NCBI RefSeq assembly: GCF_018350175.1
Contig: NC_058368.1
Location: 83,392,001-83,456,000, forward strand
Length of the DNA stretch: 64,000 bases
Direction: 5' to 3'
From: Felis catus
Lineage: Eukaryota
The notes beneath the pieces are model-generated. The model saw only the letters and a program-made list of their open reading frames with translations, searched no databases and had not been told where the DNA came from. Shown piece after piece: positions 25,361-39,780 of the stretch (position 1 is its first letter; every line of letters begins with the position of its first letter). The translations under genes and the position numbers were made by a program.

Positions 25361-27653
25361 GGGTGCTATGGAGTGAGAAGTGATAAATTAATTGGGATAT
25401 AAAATTAATAGGAGAACCTAGGCAAAAGGTGTATGAGTGTTAATTGTACTATTATCATTATCCATACTAATTTTCTGTAAATTTGAAATTATTTAATAAT
25501 AAAACATAAAGTATCAGACTTCTATTTAAAAAAAAATTTCTTGCTTCATTGTGGCAGTGTAGGTGACAAATCATGCTCAGGTTCACATGGCTGATCATTA
25601 TTGCAATAATCCAGTTGTTGGCCTGCATTTAATTAGGGCAATTTTGTTCTTTAAGTTACAAATAGTGGCTGTTATCTCTCTGAAATTATTAGCATATTGT
25701 GGTAGAAGGTACTGTGGGTATAAAATTAACCCCAAGGAGGGTTTAGGGAAGTTTTCCAGCATAAGGATGTATCAGACCTTAGATTTGAAGTATGTAACTT
25801 ATTATAAAAAAAAAGCAGATGAAGACCATCAAATAATCTGTCAATTATTTTAAAAAAATCTTATCTTATATTATAATAAAAATAATAAGATATAGCTAAG
25901 TGAATTTCCCATATATACCAAATGTCTACTCTCCCTAAGGAATTTTAACTATAAGTGTATTTTGTTCAAATATTTGTAACAAAATACATAAATTGTTTGA
26001 GGCACATATGGAAAGTGTACAGCTCATAAGGACACACCAGTTCTACCTATGACATGTGAGCTTAGCCAAAGAGGCTGAAAAGAGACCCTAGAGCTCAGTG
26101 TTGAATGGTAACTAGATGCTACCTTCATATGAGTACAGGAGGCTAGGACCAGGGATCTTGCTCAAGGACATCCTGCCACAGAAAAGGAACACTATGAGCA
26201 AAGTTCAGGTGGTTGACCAAGCAGGAGAGAAATGTTCCAATGACACCTCCTTTCCAGATTCACTTTACAGCCCAATTATTGCCCTTTTGTGACCCAGATA
26301 TTTACAAATGATAATAAAATGACGAAACATCGATTTAAGCAGAGTGAAATTAGTAGGAATCAATTGAAGAAGAGCAACACTGAAGGTATGGAGACCAGGT
26401 GTGTGAGGACGATTGAGCTGAATAGTGTTGATCTAAGTGGAATGGACCATTCCAAGTGGAATTAGCAGCTTTGGTGAATAAGCAGGGCTTTGTTGAATCT
26501 GTTCCATAAAACCATAAATCTGGTTGCATGTGTACCAGTTTCCAATTAGCTGTGACAAATTGTGAATTATTAGGTGGTTTCAAAAGTAGAGATCCCTTTT
26601 TTTCTGGCACTCTCAATACCTTCATGACTATAAAATAAAGATCTGACAGTATTTTAGGACACAATGTTAGAAAATTAGATATATTACAATTACAACATTA
26701 TAATTATATTACAAAAATTATAGTATATGTTGCAGTAAAATAGAATGAATAAAATATGTACATTCTTTAACTTCTAAAGTAATTGAGAAGTGTATACATT
26801 ACCCCTCAATTTATTGGACCATAATAATACACATATTTGATTGTTCCATTGAAAACACTGTAGACATGGGAAACAAAATGGGGTAAAACAAAGCAAAACA
26901 AAACAATCTATGGAATCAAATTTTTTTTCCATAATTAAAATTTTACTATATCTCAAGAAAAAAAAGAATAAAATGTTTGAGGAAGAAGACCAAAGCAGGA
27001 GGCATCACAATCTCAGACTTTAACCTCAACGACAAAGCTGTAATCATCAAGACAGCATGGTATTGGCACAAAAACAGATACACAGACCAATGGAATAGAA
27101 TACAGACTCCAGAATTGTCCCACAAAAGTATGGCCAACTAATCTTTGACAAAGCAGGAAAGAATATCCAATGGAAAGAAGACAGTCACTTTAACAAATGG
27201 TGCTGGGAGAACTGGACAGCAACATGCAGAAGAATGAAATTAGACCACTTTCTTACACCATTCTCAAAAATAAACTCAAAATGGATGAAGGACCTGAATG
27301 TGAGACAGGAAACCATCAAAACCCTAGATAGAGGAGAAAGCAGAAAAAAACCTCCCGGACCTCAACCACAGCAATTTCTTATTTGACACCTCTCCAAAGG
27401 CAAGGGAATTAAAAGCAAAAATGAACTATTGGGACCTCATGAAGGTGAAAAGCTTTGGCACTGCAAAAGAAACAGTGAAAAAAACTAAAAGGCAACCAAT
27501 GGAATTGGAAAATATATTTGCAAATGACATATCAAAGGGCTAGTATCCAAAATCTATAAAGAACACACCAAACTCCACACCCGAAAAACAAATAATCCAG
27601 TGAAGAAATGGGCAGAAAACATGAATATACACTTCTCTAAAGAAGAAATCCAG

Positions 27654-27915
27654 CTCTCTCCCCGGTATCTCACCTCTGCGTCAGTGCAGTTAGGCATCAG
27701 CAAATTAATGAGAGGAGAGAGGAGGCCCCTGCTCTTGGGCACCCACAGGAACTTACTCCAGCTCCAGACACACCGTAAACACTTTCATCTAACGGAAGAT
27801 AAGCTGTGAAATCGGATTTCTGAACCACAAGACACTTGTGTAAAAACTGCATTCCATGCCACGCCTGAAATGTTCCAAAGCTCAGTTTGTATTTTCTTTT
27901 AGAAATTATTTTGGC
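27654..27915 (+). other. Non-L1 segment inside the TSD of the full-length L1 (putative 5' transduction)
   Basis: Lies between the left TSD (27639-27653) and the L1 start gaggagagagggaagatggcgg (27916). No resemblance to any L1 in the window. Confidence 0.75.
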
Positions 27916-30900
27916 GAGGAGAGAGGGAAGATGGCGGTGTAGGAGGACACTGGGCTCACCACGCATCCTGCTGATCACTTAGATTCCACCTACACCTGCC
28001 TAAATAACCCAGAAAACTGCCAGAGGATTAGCAGAACGGAGTCTCCGGAGCCAAGCGCAGACGAGAGGCCCATGGAAGAGGGTAGGAAGGATGGCAAGGC
28101 AGTGCGCGCTGCACGGACTGGCGGGAGGGAGCCAGGGCGAGGGGCAGCTCGCAGGCCAAGCAGAGCCCCTGAGTGTGGCTGGCAAAAGCGGAGGGGCCTG
28201 ACGGACTGTGTTCCGACAGCAAGCGCAACTTAGCCTCTGGGAGGTCATAAGTTAACAGCTCTGCTCGGAAAGCGGGAAGGCTGGAGGACAAAGGGAGGGA
28301 GAGCTGCTAAGCCCCCAGACGACAGAGCTCAGTTTGGTGGGGAACAAAGGCGCTCACCAGCGCCATCTCCCTCACCCATCCCCCAGCCAAAACCCAAAGG
28401 GAACCAGTTCCTGCCAGGGAACTTGCTCGCTCCTCGCAAACACCCAACTCTGTGCTTCTGTGGAGCCAAACCTCCGGCAGTGGATCTGACTCCCTCCCGC
28501 TGCCACAGGGCCCCTCCTGAAGTGGATCACCTAAGGAGAAGCGATCTAAGCCTGCCCCTCCTGCCCCCGTGCACCTTGCCTACCCACCCCAGCTAATATG
28601 CCAGATCCCCAGCATCACAAGCCTGGCAGTGTGCAAGTAACCCAGTCGGGTCACGCCACCCCACAGTGAATCCCGCCCCTAGGAGAGGGGAAGGGAAGGC
28701 ACAAACCAGTCTGACTGTGGCCCCAGCGGTGGGCTGGGGGCAGACACCAGGTCAGACTGCGGCCTCGCCCACCAACTCCAGTTATACACCACACCACAGG
28801 GGAAGTACCCTGCAGGACCTCACCACTCCAGGGACTATCCAAAATGACCAAGCGGAAGAATTCCCCTCAGAAGAATCTCCAGGAAATAACAACAGCTAAT
28901 GAACTGATCAAAAAAGATTTAAATAATATAACAGAAAGTGAATTTAGAATAATAGTCATATAATTAATTGCTGGTCTTGAAAACAGTATAGAGGACAGCA
29001 GAGAATCTCTTGCTACAGAGATCAAGGGACTAAGAAACAGTCACGAGGAGCTGAAAAGTGCTTTAAATGAAATGCAAAACAAAATGGAAACGACGACAGT
29101 TCAGATTGAAGAGCAGAGGAGAGAATAGGTGAACTAGAAGATAAAATTATGGAAAAAGAGGAAGCTGAGAGAAAGAGAGATAAAAAAATCCAGGAGTATG
29201 AGGGGAAAATTAGAGAACTAAGTGATACACTAAAAAGAAATAATATACGCATAATTGGTATCCCAGAGGAGGAAGAGAGAAGGAAAGGTGCTGAAGGGGT
29301 ACTTGAAGAAATTATAGCTGAGAACTTCCGTGAACTGGGGAAGGAAAAAGGCATTAAAATCCAAGAGGCACAGAGAACTCCCTTCAGACATAACTTGAAT
29401 CGATCTTCTGCACGACATATCATAGGGAAACTGGCAAAATACAAGTATAAAGAGAAAATTCTGAAAGCAGCAAGGGATAAACGTGCCCTCACATATAAAG
29501 GGAGACCTATAAGACTCGTGACTGATCTCTCTTTTGAAACTTGGCAGGCCAGAAAGAATTGGCACGAGATCTTCAATGTGCTAAACAGAAAAAATATGCA
29601 GCCGAGAATCCTTTATCCAGCAAGTCTGTCATTTAGAATAGAAGGAGAGATAAAGGTCTTCCCAAACAAACAAAAACTGAAGGAATTTGTCACCACTAAA
29701 CCAGCCCTACAAGAGATCCTAAGGGGGACCCTGTGAGACAAAGTACCAGAGACATCATTACAAGCATAAAACATACAGACATCACAATGACTCTAAACCC
29801 GTATCTTTCTATAATAACACTGAATGTAAATGGATTAAATGCGCCAACCAAAAGACATAGGGTATCAGAATGGATAAAAAAACAAGACCCATCTATTTGC
29901 TGTCTACAAGAGACTCATTTTAGACCTGAGGACACCTTTAGATTGAGAGTGAGGGGATGGAGAACTATTTATCATGCGACTGGAAGCCAAAAGAAAGCTG
30001 GAGTAGCCATACTTATATCAGATAAACTAGACTTTAAATTAAAGGCTGTAACAAGAGATGAAGAAGGGCATTATATAATAATCACAGGGTCTATCCATCA
30101 GGAAGAGTAACAAGTATAAATGTCTATGTGCCGAATACTGTAGCCCCCAAATATATAAAACAATTACTCATAAACATAAGCAACCTTACTGATAAGAATG
30201 TGGTAATTGCAGGGGACTTTAACACTCCACTTACAGAAATGGATAGATCATCTAGACACATGGTCAATAAAGAAACAAGGGCCCTGAATGAGACATTGGA
30301 TCAGATGGACTTGACAGATATATTTAGAACTCTGCATCCCAAAGCAACAGAATATACTTTCTTCTCGAGTGCACATGGAACATTCTCCAAGATAGATCAT
30401 ATTCTGGGTCACGAAACTGCCCTTCGTAAGTTTACAAGAATTGAAATTATACCATGCATACTTTCAGACCACAATGCTATGAAGCTTGACATCAACCACA
30501 GGAAAAAGTCTGGAAAACCTCCAAAAGCATGGAGGTTAAAGAACACCCTACTAACGAATGAGTGGGTCAACCAGGCAATTAGAGAAGAAATTAAAAAATA
30601 TATGGAAACAAACGAAAATGAAAATACAACAATCTAAATGCTTTGGGACACAGCGAAGGCAGTCCTGAGAGGAAAATACATTGCAATCCAGGCCTATCTC
30701 AAGAAACAAGGAAAATCCCAAATACAAAATCTAACAGCACACCTAAAGGAACTAGAAGCAGGACAGCAAAGGCAGCCTAAACCCAGCAGAAGAAGAGAAA
30801 TAAGAAAGATCAGAGCAGAAATAAACAATATAGAATCTAAAAAAAACTGTAGAGCAGATCAACGAAACCAAGAGTTGGTTTTTTGAAAAAATAAACAAAA

Positions 30901-33863
30901 TTGGCAAACCTCTAGCCAGGCTTCTCAGAAAAAAAAAAAAAAAAGGGAGATGACCCAAATAGATAAAATCATGAATGAAAATGGAATGATTACAACCAAT
31001 CCCTCAGAGATACAAACAATTATCAGGGAATACTATGGAAAATTATATGCCAACAAATTGGACAACCTGGAAGAAATGGACAAATTCCTAAACACCCACA
31101 CTCTTCCAAAACTCAATCAGGAGGAAAGAGAAAGCTTGAACTGACCCATAACCAGGGAAGAAATTGAATCAGTTATCAAAAATCTCCCAACAAATAAGAG
31201 TCCAGGACCAGATGGCTTCCCAGGGAGTTCTACCAGACGTTTAAAGCAGAGATAATACCTATCCTTCTCAAGCTATTCCAATAAATAAAAGGGGAAGGAA
31301 AACTTCCAGACTCATTCTATGAAGCCAGTATTACTTTGATTCCTAAACCAGACAGAGACCCAGTAAAAAAAGAGAACTACAGGCCAATATCCCTGATGAA
31401 TATGCATGCAAAAATTCTCAATAAGATACTAGCAAATCGAATTCAACGGCATATAAAAAGAATTATTCACCATGACCAAGTGGGATTCTTTCCTGGGATG
31501 CAGGGCTGGTTCAACATTCGCAAATCAATCAATGTGATACATCACATTAACAAAAAAAAAAGAGAAGAACCATATGATCCTGTCAATCGATGCAGAAAAG
31601 GGCTTTGACAAAATCCAGCACCATTTCTTAGTAAAAACCCTTGAGAAAGTCGGGATAGAAGGAACATACTTAAAGATCATAAAAGCCATTTATGAAAAGC
31701 CCACAGCTAACATCATCCTCAATGGGGAAAAACTGAGAGCTTTTTCCCTGAGATCAGGAACACGACAAGGATGTCCACTCTCACCGCTGCTGTTTAACAT
31801 AGTGCTGGAATTCTAGCATCAGCAATCAGACAACAAAAGGAAATCAAATGCATCAAAATTGGCAAAGATGAAGTCAAGCTTTTGCTTTTTGCAGATGACA
31901 TGATATTATACATGGAAAATCCGATAGACTCCACCAAAAGTCTACTAGAACTGATACAGGAATTCAGCAAAGTTGCAGGATACAAAATCAATGTACAGAA
32001 ATCAGTTGCATTCTTATACACTAACAATGAAGCAACAGAAAGACAAATAAAGAAACTGATCCTATTCACATTTGCACCAAGAAGCATAAAATACCTAGGA
32101 ATAAATCTAACCAAAGATGTAAAGGATCTGTATGCTGAAAACTATAGAAAGCTTATGAAGGTAATTGAAGGAGATATAAAGAAATGGAAAGACATTCCCT
32201 GTTCATGGATTGGAAGAATAAATATTGTCAAAGTGTCAATACTACCCAAAGCTATCTACACATTCAATGTAATCCCAATCAAAATTGCACCAGCATTCTT
32301 CTCGAAACTAGAACAAGCAATCCTAAAATTCATATGGAACCACAAAAGGCCCCGAATAGCCAAAGTAATTTTGAAGAAGAAGACCAAAGCAGGAGGCATC
32401 ACAATCCCAGACTTTAGCCTCTACTACAAAGCTGTCATCATCAAGACAGCATGGTATTGGCACAAAAACAGACACATAGACCAATGGAATAGAATAGAAA
32501 CCCCAGAACTAGACCCACAAACGTATGGCCAACTAATCTTTGACAAAGCAGAAAAGAACATCCAATGGAAAAAAGACAGCCTTTTTAACAAATGGTGCTG
32601 GGAGAACTGGACAGCAACATGCAGAAGGTTGAAACTAGACCACTTTCTCACACCATTCCCAAAAATAAACTCAAAATGGATAAAGGACCTGAATGTGAGA
32701 CAGGAAACCATCATAACCTTAGAGGAGAAAGCAGGAAAAGACCTCTCTGACTTCAGCCGTAGCAATCTCTTACTCGACACATCCCCAAAGGCAAGGGAAT
32801 TAAAAGCAAAAGTGAATTATTGGGACCTTATGAAGATAAAAAGCTTCTGCACAGCAAAGGAAACAACCAACAAAACTAAAAGACAACCAACGGAATGGGA
32901 AAAGATATTTGCAAATGACATATCAGACAAAGGGCTAGTATCCAAAATCTATAAAGAGCTCACCAAACTCCACACCCGAAAAACAAACAACCCAGTGAAG
33001 AAATGGGCAGAAAACATGAATAGACACTTCTCTAAAGAAGACATCCGGATGGCCAACGGGCACATGAAAAGATGCTCAACGTCGCTCCTTATCAGGGAAA
33101 TACAAATCAAAACCACACTCAGACATCACCTCACGCCAGTCAGAGTGGCCAAAATGAACAAATCAGGAGACTATAGATGCTGGAGAGGATGTGGAGAAAT
33201 GGGAACCCTCTTGCACTGTTGGTGGGAATGCAAATTGGTGCAACCACTCTGGAAAGCAGTGTGGAGGTTCCTCAGAAAATCAAAAATAGACCTACCCTAT
33301 GACCCAGCAATAGCACTGCTAGGAATTTACCCAAGGGATACAGGAGTGCTGATGCATAGGGGCACTTGTACCCCAATGTTTATAGCAGCACTCTCAACAA
33401 TAGCCAAATTATGGAAAGAGCCTAAATGTCCATCAACTGATGAATGGATAAAGAAATTGTGGTTTATATACACAATGGAATACTACGTGGCAATGAGAAA
33501 AAATGAAATATGGCCTTTTGTAGCAACGTGGATGGAACTGGAGAGTGTGATGCTAAGTGAAATAAGCCATACAGAGAAAGACAGATACCATATGGTTTCA
33601 CTCTTATGTGGATCCTGAGAAACGTAACAGAAACCCATGGAGGAGGGGAAGGAAAAAAAAAGAGGTTGGAGTGGGAGAGAGCCAAAGCATAAGAGACTCT
33701 TAAAAACTGAGAACAAACTGAGGGTTGACGGGGGATGGGAGGGAGGGGGGGATGGGTGATGGGTATTGAGGAGGGCACCTTTTGGGATGAGCACTGGGTG
33801 TTGTATGGAAACCAATTTGACAATAAACTTCACATATTAAAAAATAAATAAAATAAAATAAAA
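27916..33863 (+). mobile_element. Full-length young felid LINE-1 (about 5.95 kb), inactivated
   Basis: CpG-rich 5'UTR with aagatggcgg (YY1-type) start. ORF1 28844-29736 is frameshifted near 29110. ORF2 29787-33618 has stops and frameshifts (EN LNVNGLN/CLQETH/GDFN, RT FADDM, C-terminal Cys domain). 3'UTR and A tail present. 15-bp TSD aaagaagaaatccag. Confidence 0.97.
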
Positions 33864-35084
33864 AAAGAAGAAATCCAGATGGCCAACCCGACATGAAAAG
33901 ATGCTCAATGTCACTCCTCATCAGAGAAATACAAATCAAAACCACACTCAGATATCACCTCACACCAGTCAGAGTGGCTAAAATGAACAAATCAGGAAAC
34001 TATGGGTGCTGGAGAGGATGTGGAGAAATGAGAACCCTCTTGCGCTGCTGGTGGGAATGCAAACTGGTGCAGCCGCTCTGGAGAACAGTATGGAGGTTCC
34101 TTAAAAAATTAAAAATAGATCTATCCTATGAGCCAGCAACAGCACTGCTAGGAATTTCCCCAAGGGATACAGGAGTGCTGATCCATAGGGGCACTTGTAC
34201 CGCAATGTTTATAGCAACACTTTCAACAATAGCCAAATTATGGAAAGAGCCTAAATGTCCACCAACTGATGAATGGATAAAGAAATTGTGGTTTATGTAC
34301 AAAATGCAATACTACGTGGCAATGAGAAAGAATGAAATATGGGCTTTTGTAGCAACATGGATGGAACTGGAGAGTGTTATGCTAAGTGAAATAAGTGCTA
34401 CAGAGAAGGACAGATTCCATATGTTTTCACTCCTATGTGGATCCTGAGAAACTTAACAGAAGACCATGGGGGAGGGGAAGGAAAAAAAAGTTAGAGAGGG
34501 AGGGAGGCAAACCATAAGAAACTCTTAAAAACTGAGAATAAACTGAGGGTTGATGGGAAGTGGGAGGGAGGGAAAGTGGCAATGGGCATTGAGAAGGGCA
34601 TCTGTTGGAATGAGCACTGGGTGTTGTATGGAAACCAATTTGACAATAAATTTCATATATTAAAAAAATAAAAGGAAAAAAATACTGCTTGCATAATATT
34701 CACAGTTACTAGACGTGGAAGAACACTTGATGCTCAATTTTTTTGTATCTATAATAAAAGCAAGAAATGGACAAATTTCTGGCATTCAGGTTTACTTGCT
34801 TATAGTGCCATATAAGTAGATGTGTACTGCAGTAGTTTAAAATGTTCAAATCAGAATGTGTTATGTGTTTGTGCTTGTGCTCATGATGCCACCAGCATTT
34901 TGCCAAAGAAATCATTTTTATCCCATGAAAACCAGCCCTCAGTGTTCTTGCATACCCCATAGGTCATTAATGACTATGATTGGGATTATTACAAATTTAG
35001 TCATAAACTAACATGGGTTAGGTGGTGAAACTTGTAGTGTTTTTTTACAAATATTCCACTTTTAATTTCTAATTGTATTTTAAC

Positions 35085-35250
35085 TAGAATATAAATTATA
35101 TAACATAATTAATTATAATGTATATATAATATATTTAATTATTAAGATGATTAGTATTATATTAATTATATATAATACTATCTTAATAATTATATATTAT
35201 ATTATATTATATTATATTATATTATACTATATTAATTATATTATCACATA
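35085..35250. repeat. AT-rich low-complexity (TATTA)n tract
   Basis: Direct reading. Confidence 0.85.
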
Positions 35251-35357
35251 TGTTTTTCTACAGTATGTCCCAGTCACTATTATAATATTGTTACATATAT
35301 TATCCTATTCAAAAACTTTTTGGAAGCTTCTCAAACCCCATACTATTGGAATTTTAC

Positions 35358-36206
35358 TTTTTTCCATTTTTTTAAATTTAATTTTAGTTAATTAACATAC
35401 AGTGCAATATTGGTTTCAGGAATAGAATTCAGTGATTCATCACTTACATATAACACCTACTGCCCATCACAAGTGCCTTACTTAGTACCTATCACCCATC
35501 TAGCCTATCCTCTATCCACCTCCCTCCATCAACCTATAGTTCATTATTTATCATTAAGAGTCTCTTGTGGTTTGTTTCTCTCTTCTCCCACCCCCATATT
35601 CATCTGTTTGGTTTCTTAAATTTCACGTATGAGTGAAATCATATGGTAGTTGCCTTTCTCCGACTATTTCGCTTAACATAATACACTGTCTCTGACCATG
35701 TTATTGAAAATTTCAAGATTTTATTCATTCTGATGGCTGTGTTATATTCCTTTGTAAATATATACCACATCATTTTACCCATTCATCAGTCTATGAACAT
35801 TTGGGCTCTTTCCATAATTTGGCTATTATTGATTATGTTGCTATAAACATTGGGGTTCCTGTAACACTTCAAATCTGTATTTCTGCATCCTTTGAGTAAA
35901 TACCTAATAGCATAATTGCTGTATTGAAGGGTTGTTCTATTTTTAGTTTTTTGAGGAAACTCCATAGTGTTCTCCAGAGTGGATATATCATTATGCATTC
36001 CCACCAACAGTGCAAGAGGGTTCCCCTTTCTCTGCATCCTCGCTAACATCCATTGTTTCTTGTGTTGTCAATTTTAGCCATTTGGCCAGGTGTAAGGTGG
36101 TATCTCATCATGGTTTTAATTTGTATTTCAATGATGATGAGTGATGTTGAACATCTTCTCATGTATCTGTTAGTCATCTGGATATCTTCTTTGGCAAAGT
36201 GTCTAC
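35358..36206 (-). mobile_element. 5'-truncated carnivore L1 3' end
   Basis: T-rich tail, antisense 3'UTR and ORF2 C-terminus. TSD-like attggaatt at 35345 and 36207. Confidence 0.9.
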
Positions 36207-36344
36207 ATTGGAATTATTAAAAATTTAGTCATAAACTAACTGGATTAGTTGGAGAAGCTTGCATTGTTTTTACAAATATTTAACTTGTTCAAACCTCTTA
36301 AACTCTTTAAGGAAGATACGATATTGAGTTCTTGTTGTTGATAA

Positions 36345-38132
36345 ATGTATTTTATTGTGGTAGGAACACCTATCACTAGGTCAACTTTCTTAAGAATTGT
36401 TTATGTGTGCAGCACAGTATTGTTGGCTATAGCACAGGTATTGTTTTCTTTTTTAAGTTTATTTGATGTAGGGATCAATCTCATGAACCGTGAGATCATG
36501 ACCTGAGCCGAAAACAAGAGTCAGATGCTCTACTGACTGAGACTACCAGGCATCCCTAGGGAAGGTATTCTTATTATCTCCATTTTACAGAGAAGAAAAC
36601 TAAGGCACCAACAAGTTAAATAATTTGTTTGAGGCTACTAGGAGGTAATGTACAAATGTATATTTTCTAGTAAGTGTGAACTGAAGAGTTGGTTGGAGTA
36701 ACTGGGTCTTTCCTCAGTTAAAAGTGGTTTATTTGGGTTAAAGTTGGGTCTGTCATCTTTGCTCTAGACAGAAAACTTGGTGATACTTCTAGAGAAAACT
36801 AGTTTCTTGCACTACAGTTTACTCACAGATACTGTATCTCTTCCATTCCTTGAGGTCTGTATTTTCCACTCCCTTTCACCCATTTTACTCATCACCCCAC
36901 TCCTCTCTTCTATGACAACCATCAGTTTGTTCTCTATATTTAAAACTCTGACTCTGCTTTTTGTTTATTCTCTTATGGTTTTAATTCCACATATGACTGA
37001 AGTCATGTGGTGATTGTCTTTCTCAGGAAGACATATTTCACTTAATATATGTCCTCCAGACCCATCCACATAATCACAAATGGCAAATGTCCTTATTTTA
37101 AAAATGGTCCTTATTTTTTAAAAGCTGAATAGCATTCTATTGCATACCACATTCCATATTTTGTCACATTGTTTATCTATTTATATTTGATAGTTATTTT
37201 TTTCCATATCTTAGTGAATAATATTAGTGACTATTCTTGAATAATATGACAAAATATGAAAGTGCAGATATCTTATTGAGATACAAATTTCAATTCATGT
37301 GGATATATACCTAGAAGTGATATTGCTAAATCAAATGGTAATTATGCATTCAAAATTTTAAGAACATATATTGTTTTTCAAATGTCTATATCAGTTTAAA
37401 TTCCAACCAAACAGTATACAAAGTTTACCTTTTCTCCACATTCTCACAAGAACTTACTCTTTCCTCTACACCTAGTTTGTTAAGAGATTTTTTTCTTTTT
37501 AATCGTAAATGGATGTTGAATTTGTCAAATGCTTTCTCTACAACTACTGATATGATCATATGACTTTTATGTCTCATTTTATGAATGCAGTTTATCACAT
37601 TAATTAATTTGCAGAAGATTAACCATCTTTTAATCTCTAGAATAAATCCTACTTGATCATGATTCATCCCACATATGTTGATACGTTATATTTCCATTGG
37701 TCTCCACAATTTCATTTTCTTTTTTGATTTTTCTTTGATCCATTGTTTTTCCAGTAAGATATTGTTTCATTTCCACAAACTTGTGAAGTTTTCAGTTTTC
37801 GTTTTGTAATTGATTTCCAGTTTTGTACCAAGTGGTCATAAATGATGCTTGATATGATTTTAATCTTCTTAAATTTTGTAAGACTTGTTTGGGTCCTAAC
37901 ATATAGCCTATCCTGGAAAATATTCCATGTACACTTGAGAAAAATGTGTACGTTGCTTTTGGTTGAAATGTTCTGTATGTATCTGTTAAGTCAATCTGAT
38001 CTAATATGTCATTTAAGGCTAAGGTTTCCTTACTGATTTCCCGTGTGGATGATGTAAACACTGATGAAAGTGAGGCTACTAGGGATCCCTGCTATTATTT
38101 TATTGTTTATTTCTCACTTTAGTTCTGTTAAT

Positions 38133-38198
<66 letters not shown>

Positions 38199-39780
38199 GC
38201 TCCTGTGTTGGATTCATAATTCTGTACAGTGTTTTATTATCATGTTGGATTAATTCCTTTATCATTTGTAATGTACTTTGACTCCTTGTACAGTCTTTTC
38301 TTTAGTCTATTTTGTCTCATAGTTATCCCAGCTGTCTTTACTTTCCATTTGCATGAAATATTTTTATCCTTTTGTTTTCAATCTTTGTGTGCTTACATCT
38401 GGAGTATCTTTTCCAGCATATAAGTGAATCTTTTTTTGTTTTATGTATTCAACCATTCTGTTTTGGATTTGAGAATTTAGTTTCATTTTTTTTCAATTAG
38501 TTTCAAATTTTTAATATTATTTTCACACTGGTTTGTAGTTATACTCTTTTTTGTATGTATGATTTGATTCTTTTGGAGTGGTTTGCTTAGATTCCTTTCT
38601 TTTTGTCACTCTTGTGTAAACTGTAAGTCCTGGTTTGCAATTACTGTAAGACTTACAAAAGCAACTTTTATATAGACAGTCTATTTTAAGTTCAACTTAA
38701 GTTTTAACACATTCTGAAGTTGTACACTTTTATCCACGTTTGAAACTTTTATGCTTTTGATGTCACAATTTACATATTTTTATTTTATATCCCTTAACAA
38801 ATTATTATAGTTATAATTATTTGTTACTATTTTTGGGTTTTAGCATTCAGACTGGCTTACAGATGATTGACTTACGGCTTTTATAGTAGATTATTCTGAA
38901 ATTTGGTATATATTTATTTTTACCAGCGACGTTACACTTCAAAAGGTTTTCTTTTACTTATTAGTACTCTTATTTTGCTTATAGAATTCCCTTCAATGTT
39001 TCTTATAATGTTGGCTTGGGGTAAAGATGTACTGTAGCCTTTGTTATCTTTTAAGCTTCTCTTTTGTTCAAGTATTTAATCCATTTTGATGTTATTATTG
39101 AATATGGCATGAAATAAGTGTCCCATATCATCTTTTGTTATGTGTATAACCAAATTTTCCCAACACATTTAGAGGCGACTATCCTTTCCCTATGTGTATT
39201 CTTGGCTTTGAAATTAAATAAGATTTATGTGCATGGGAATATATTCCTAGAATCTCTTTTCACTTCCATTCAGCAAAGAGTCTGTTTTTAACCTAATAAC
39301 ATATTGCATTTTTAAATTTTTAAATTTAAATTGCAGTTATTTAACATACAGTGTAATATTAGTTTTGGTGTACAATTTACTGATTCAACACGTATATAAA
39401 ATGGACTTTTTAATCCCCATCACTTATTTAACCTATCCACCCCTCCTCTTTGGGAACCATCAGTTTTTTTCTGTAGGATTAAGAATACATTTCTTTGTTT
39501 TCTCCTCTCTTTTTCCCCCTATGATTGTTTCTTTTGTTTCCTAAATTCCATATATAAGTGAAATCATATGTCATTTGCCATTCTCTGACTGTCTTATTTT
39601 GCTTAGCATAATACTCTCCAGCTCCATCCAGGTCACTGAAAATGGCAAGATTTCACCCTTTTTATGGATGATTAATATCCCATTGTGTGTGTGTGTGTGT
39701 GTGTGTGTGCCACTTCTAATCCACTCATCAGTTGATGGGCATTTGGGCTTTTTAAAAATGTTGGATATTGTTGACAATGA
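36345..39780 (-). mobile_element. Patchwork of old antisense L1 fragments, with a SINE fragment (about 36445-36556), a MIR (about 36560-36640) and an L1 3' end (about 39310-39780)
   Basis: Minus-strand ORFs with ORF2p remnants ([44 protein letters not shown]). MIR core attatctccattttacagagaagaaaactaaggc. (TG)n(TA)n at 38136-38193. Confidence 0.8.

Larger units (their letters stand above)
26975..34682 (+). mobile_element. 5'-truncated host L1 (26975-27653 plus 33864-34682), split by a nested full-length L1
   Basis: ORF2 DNA stops at ctctaaagaagaaatccag (27653) and resumes collinearly at aaagaagaaatccagatggccaac (33864). ORF 33893-34447 is the ORF2p C-terminus. 3'UTR and A tail to about 34682. 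Confidence 0.93.

Noticed and set aside
31882..33618. 578-aa ORF as an active L1 ORF2
   Set aside because: Only the C-terminal part is open. Upstream ORF2 has stops (30110, 30637, 31144) and frameshifts, and ORF1 is frameshifted.
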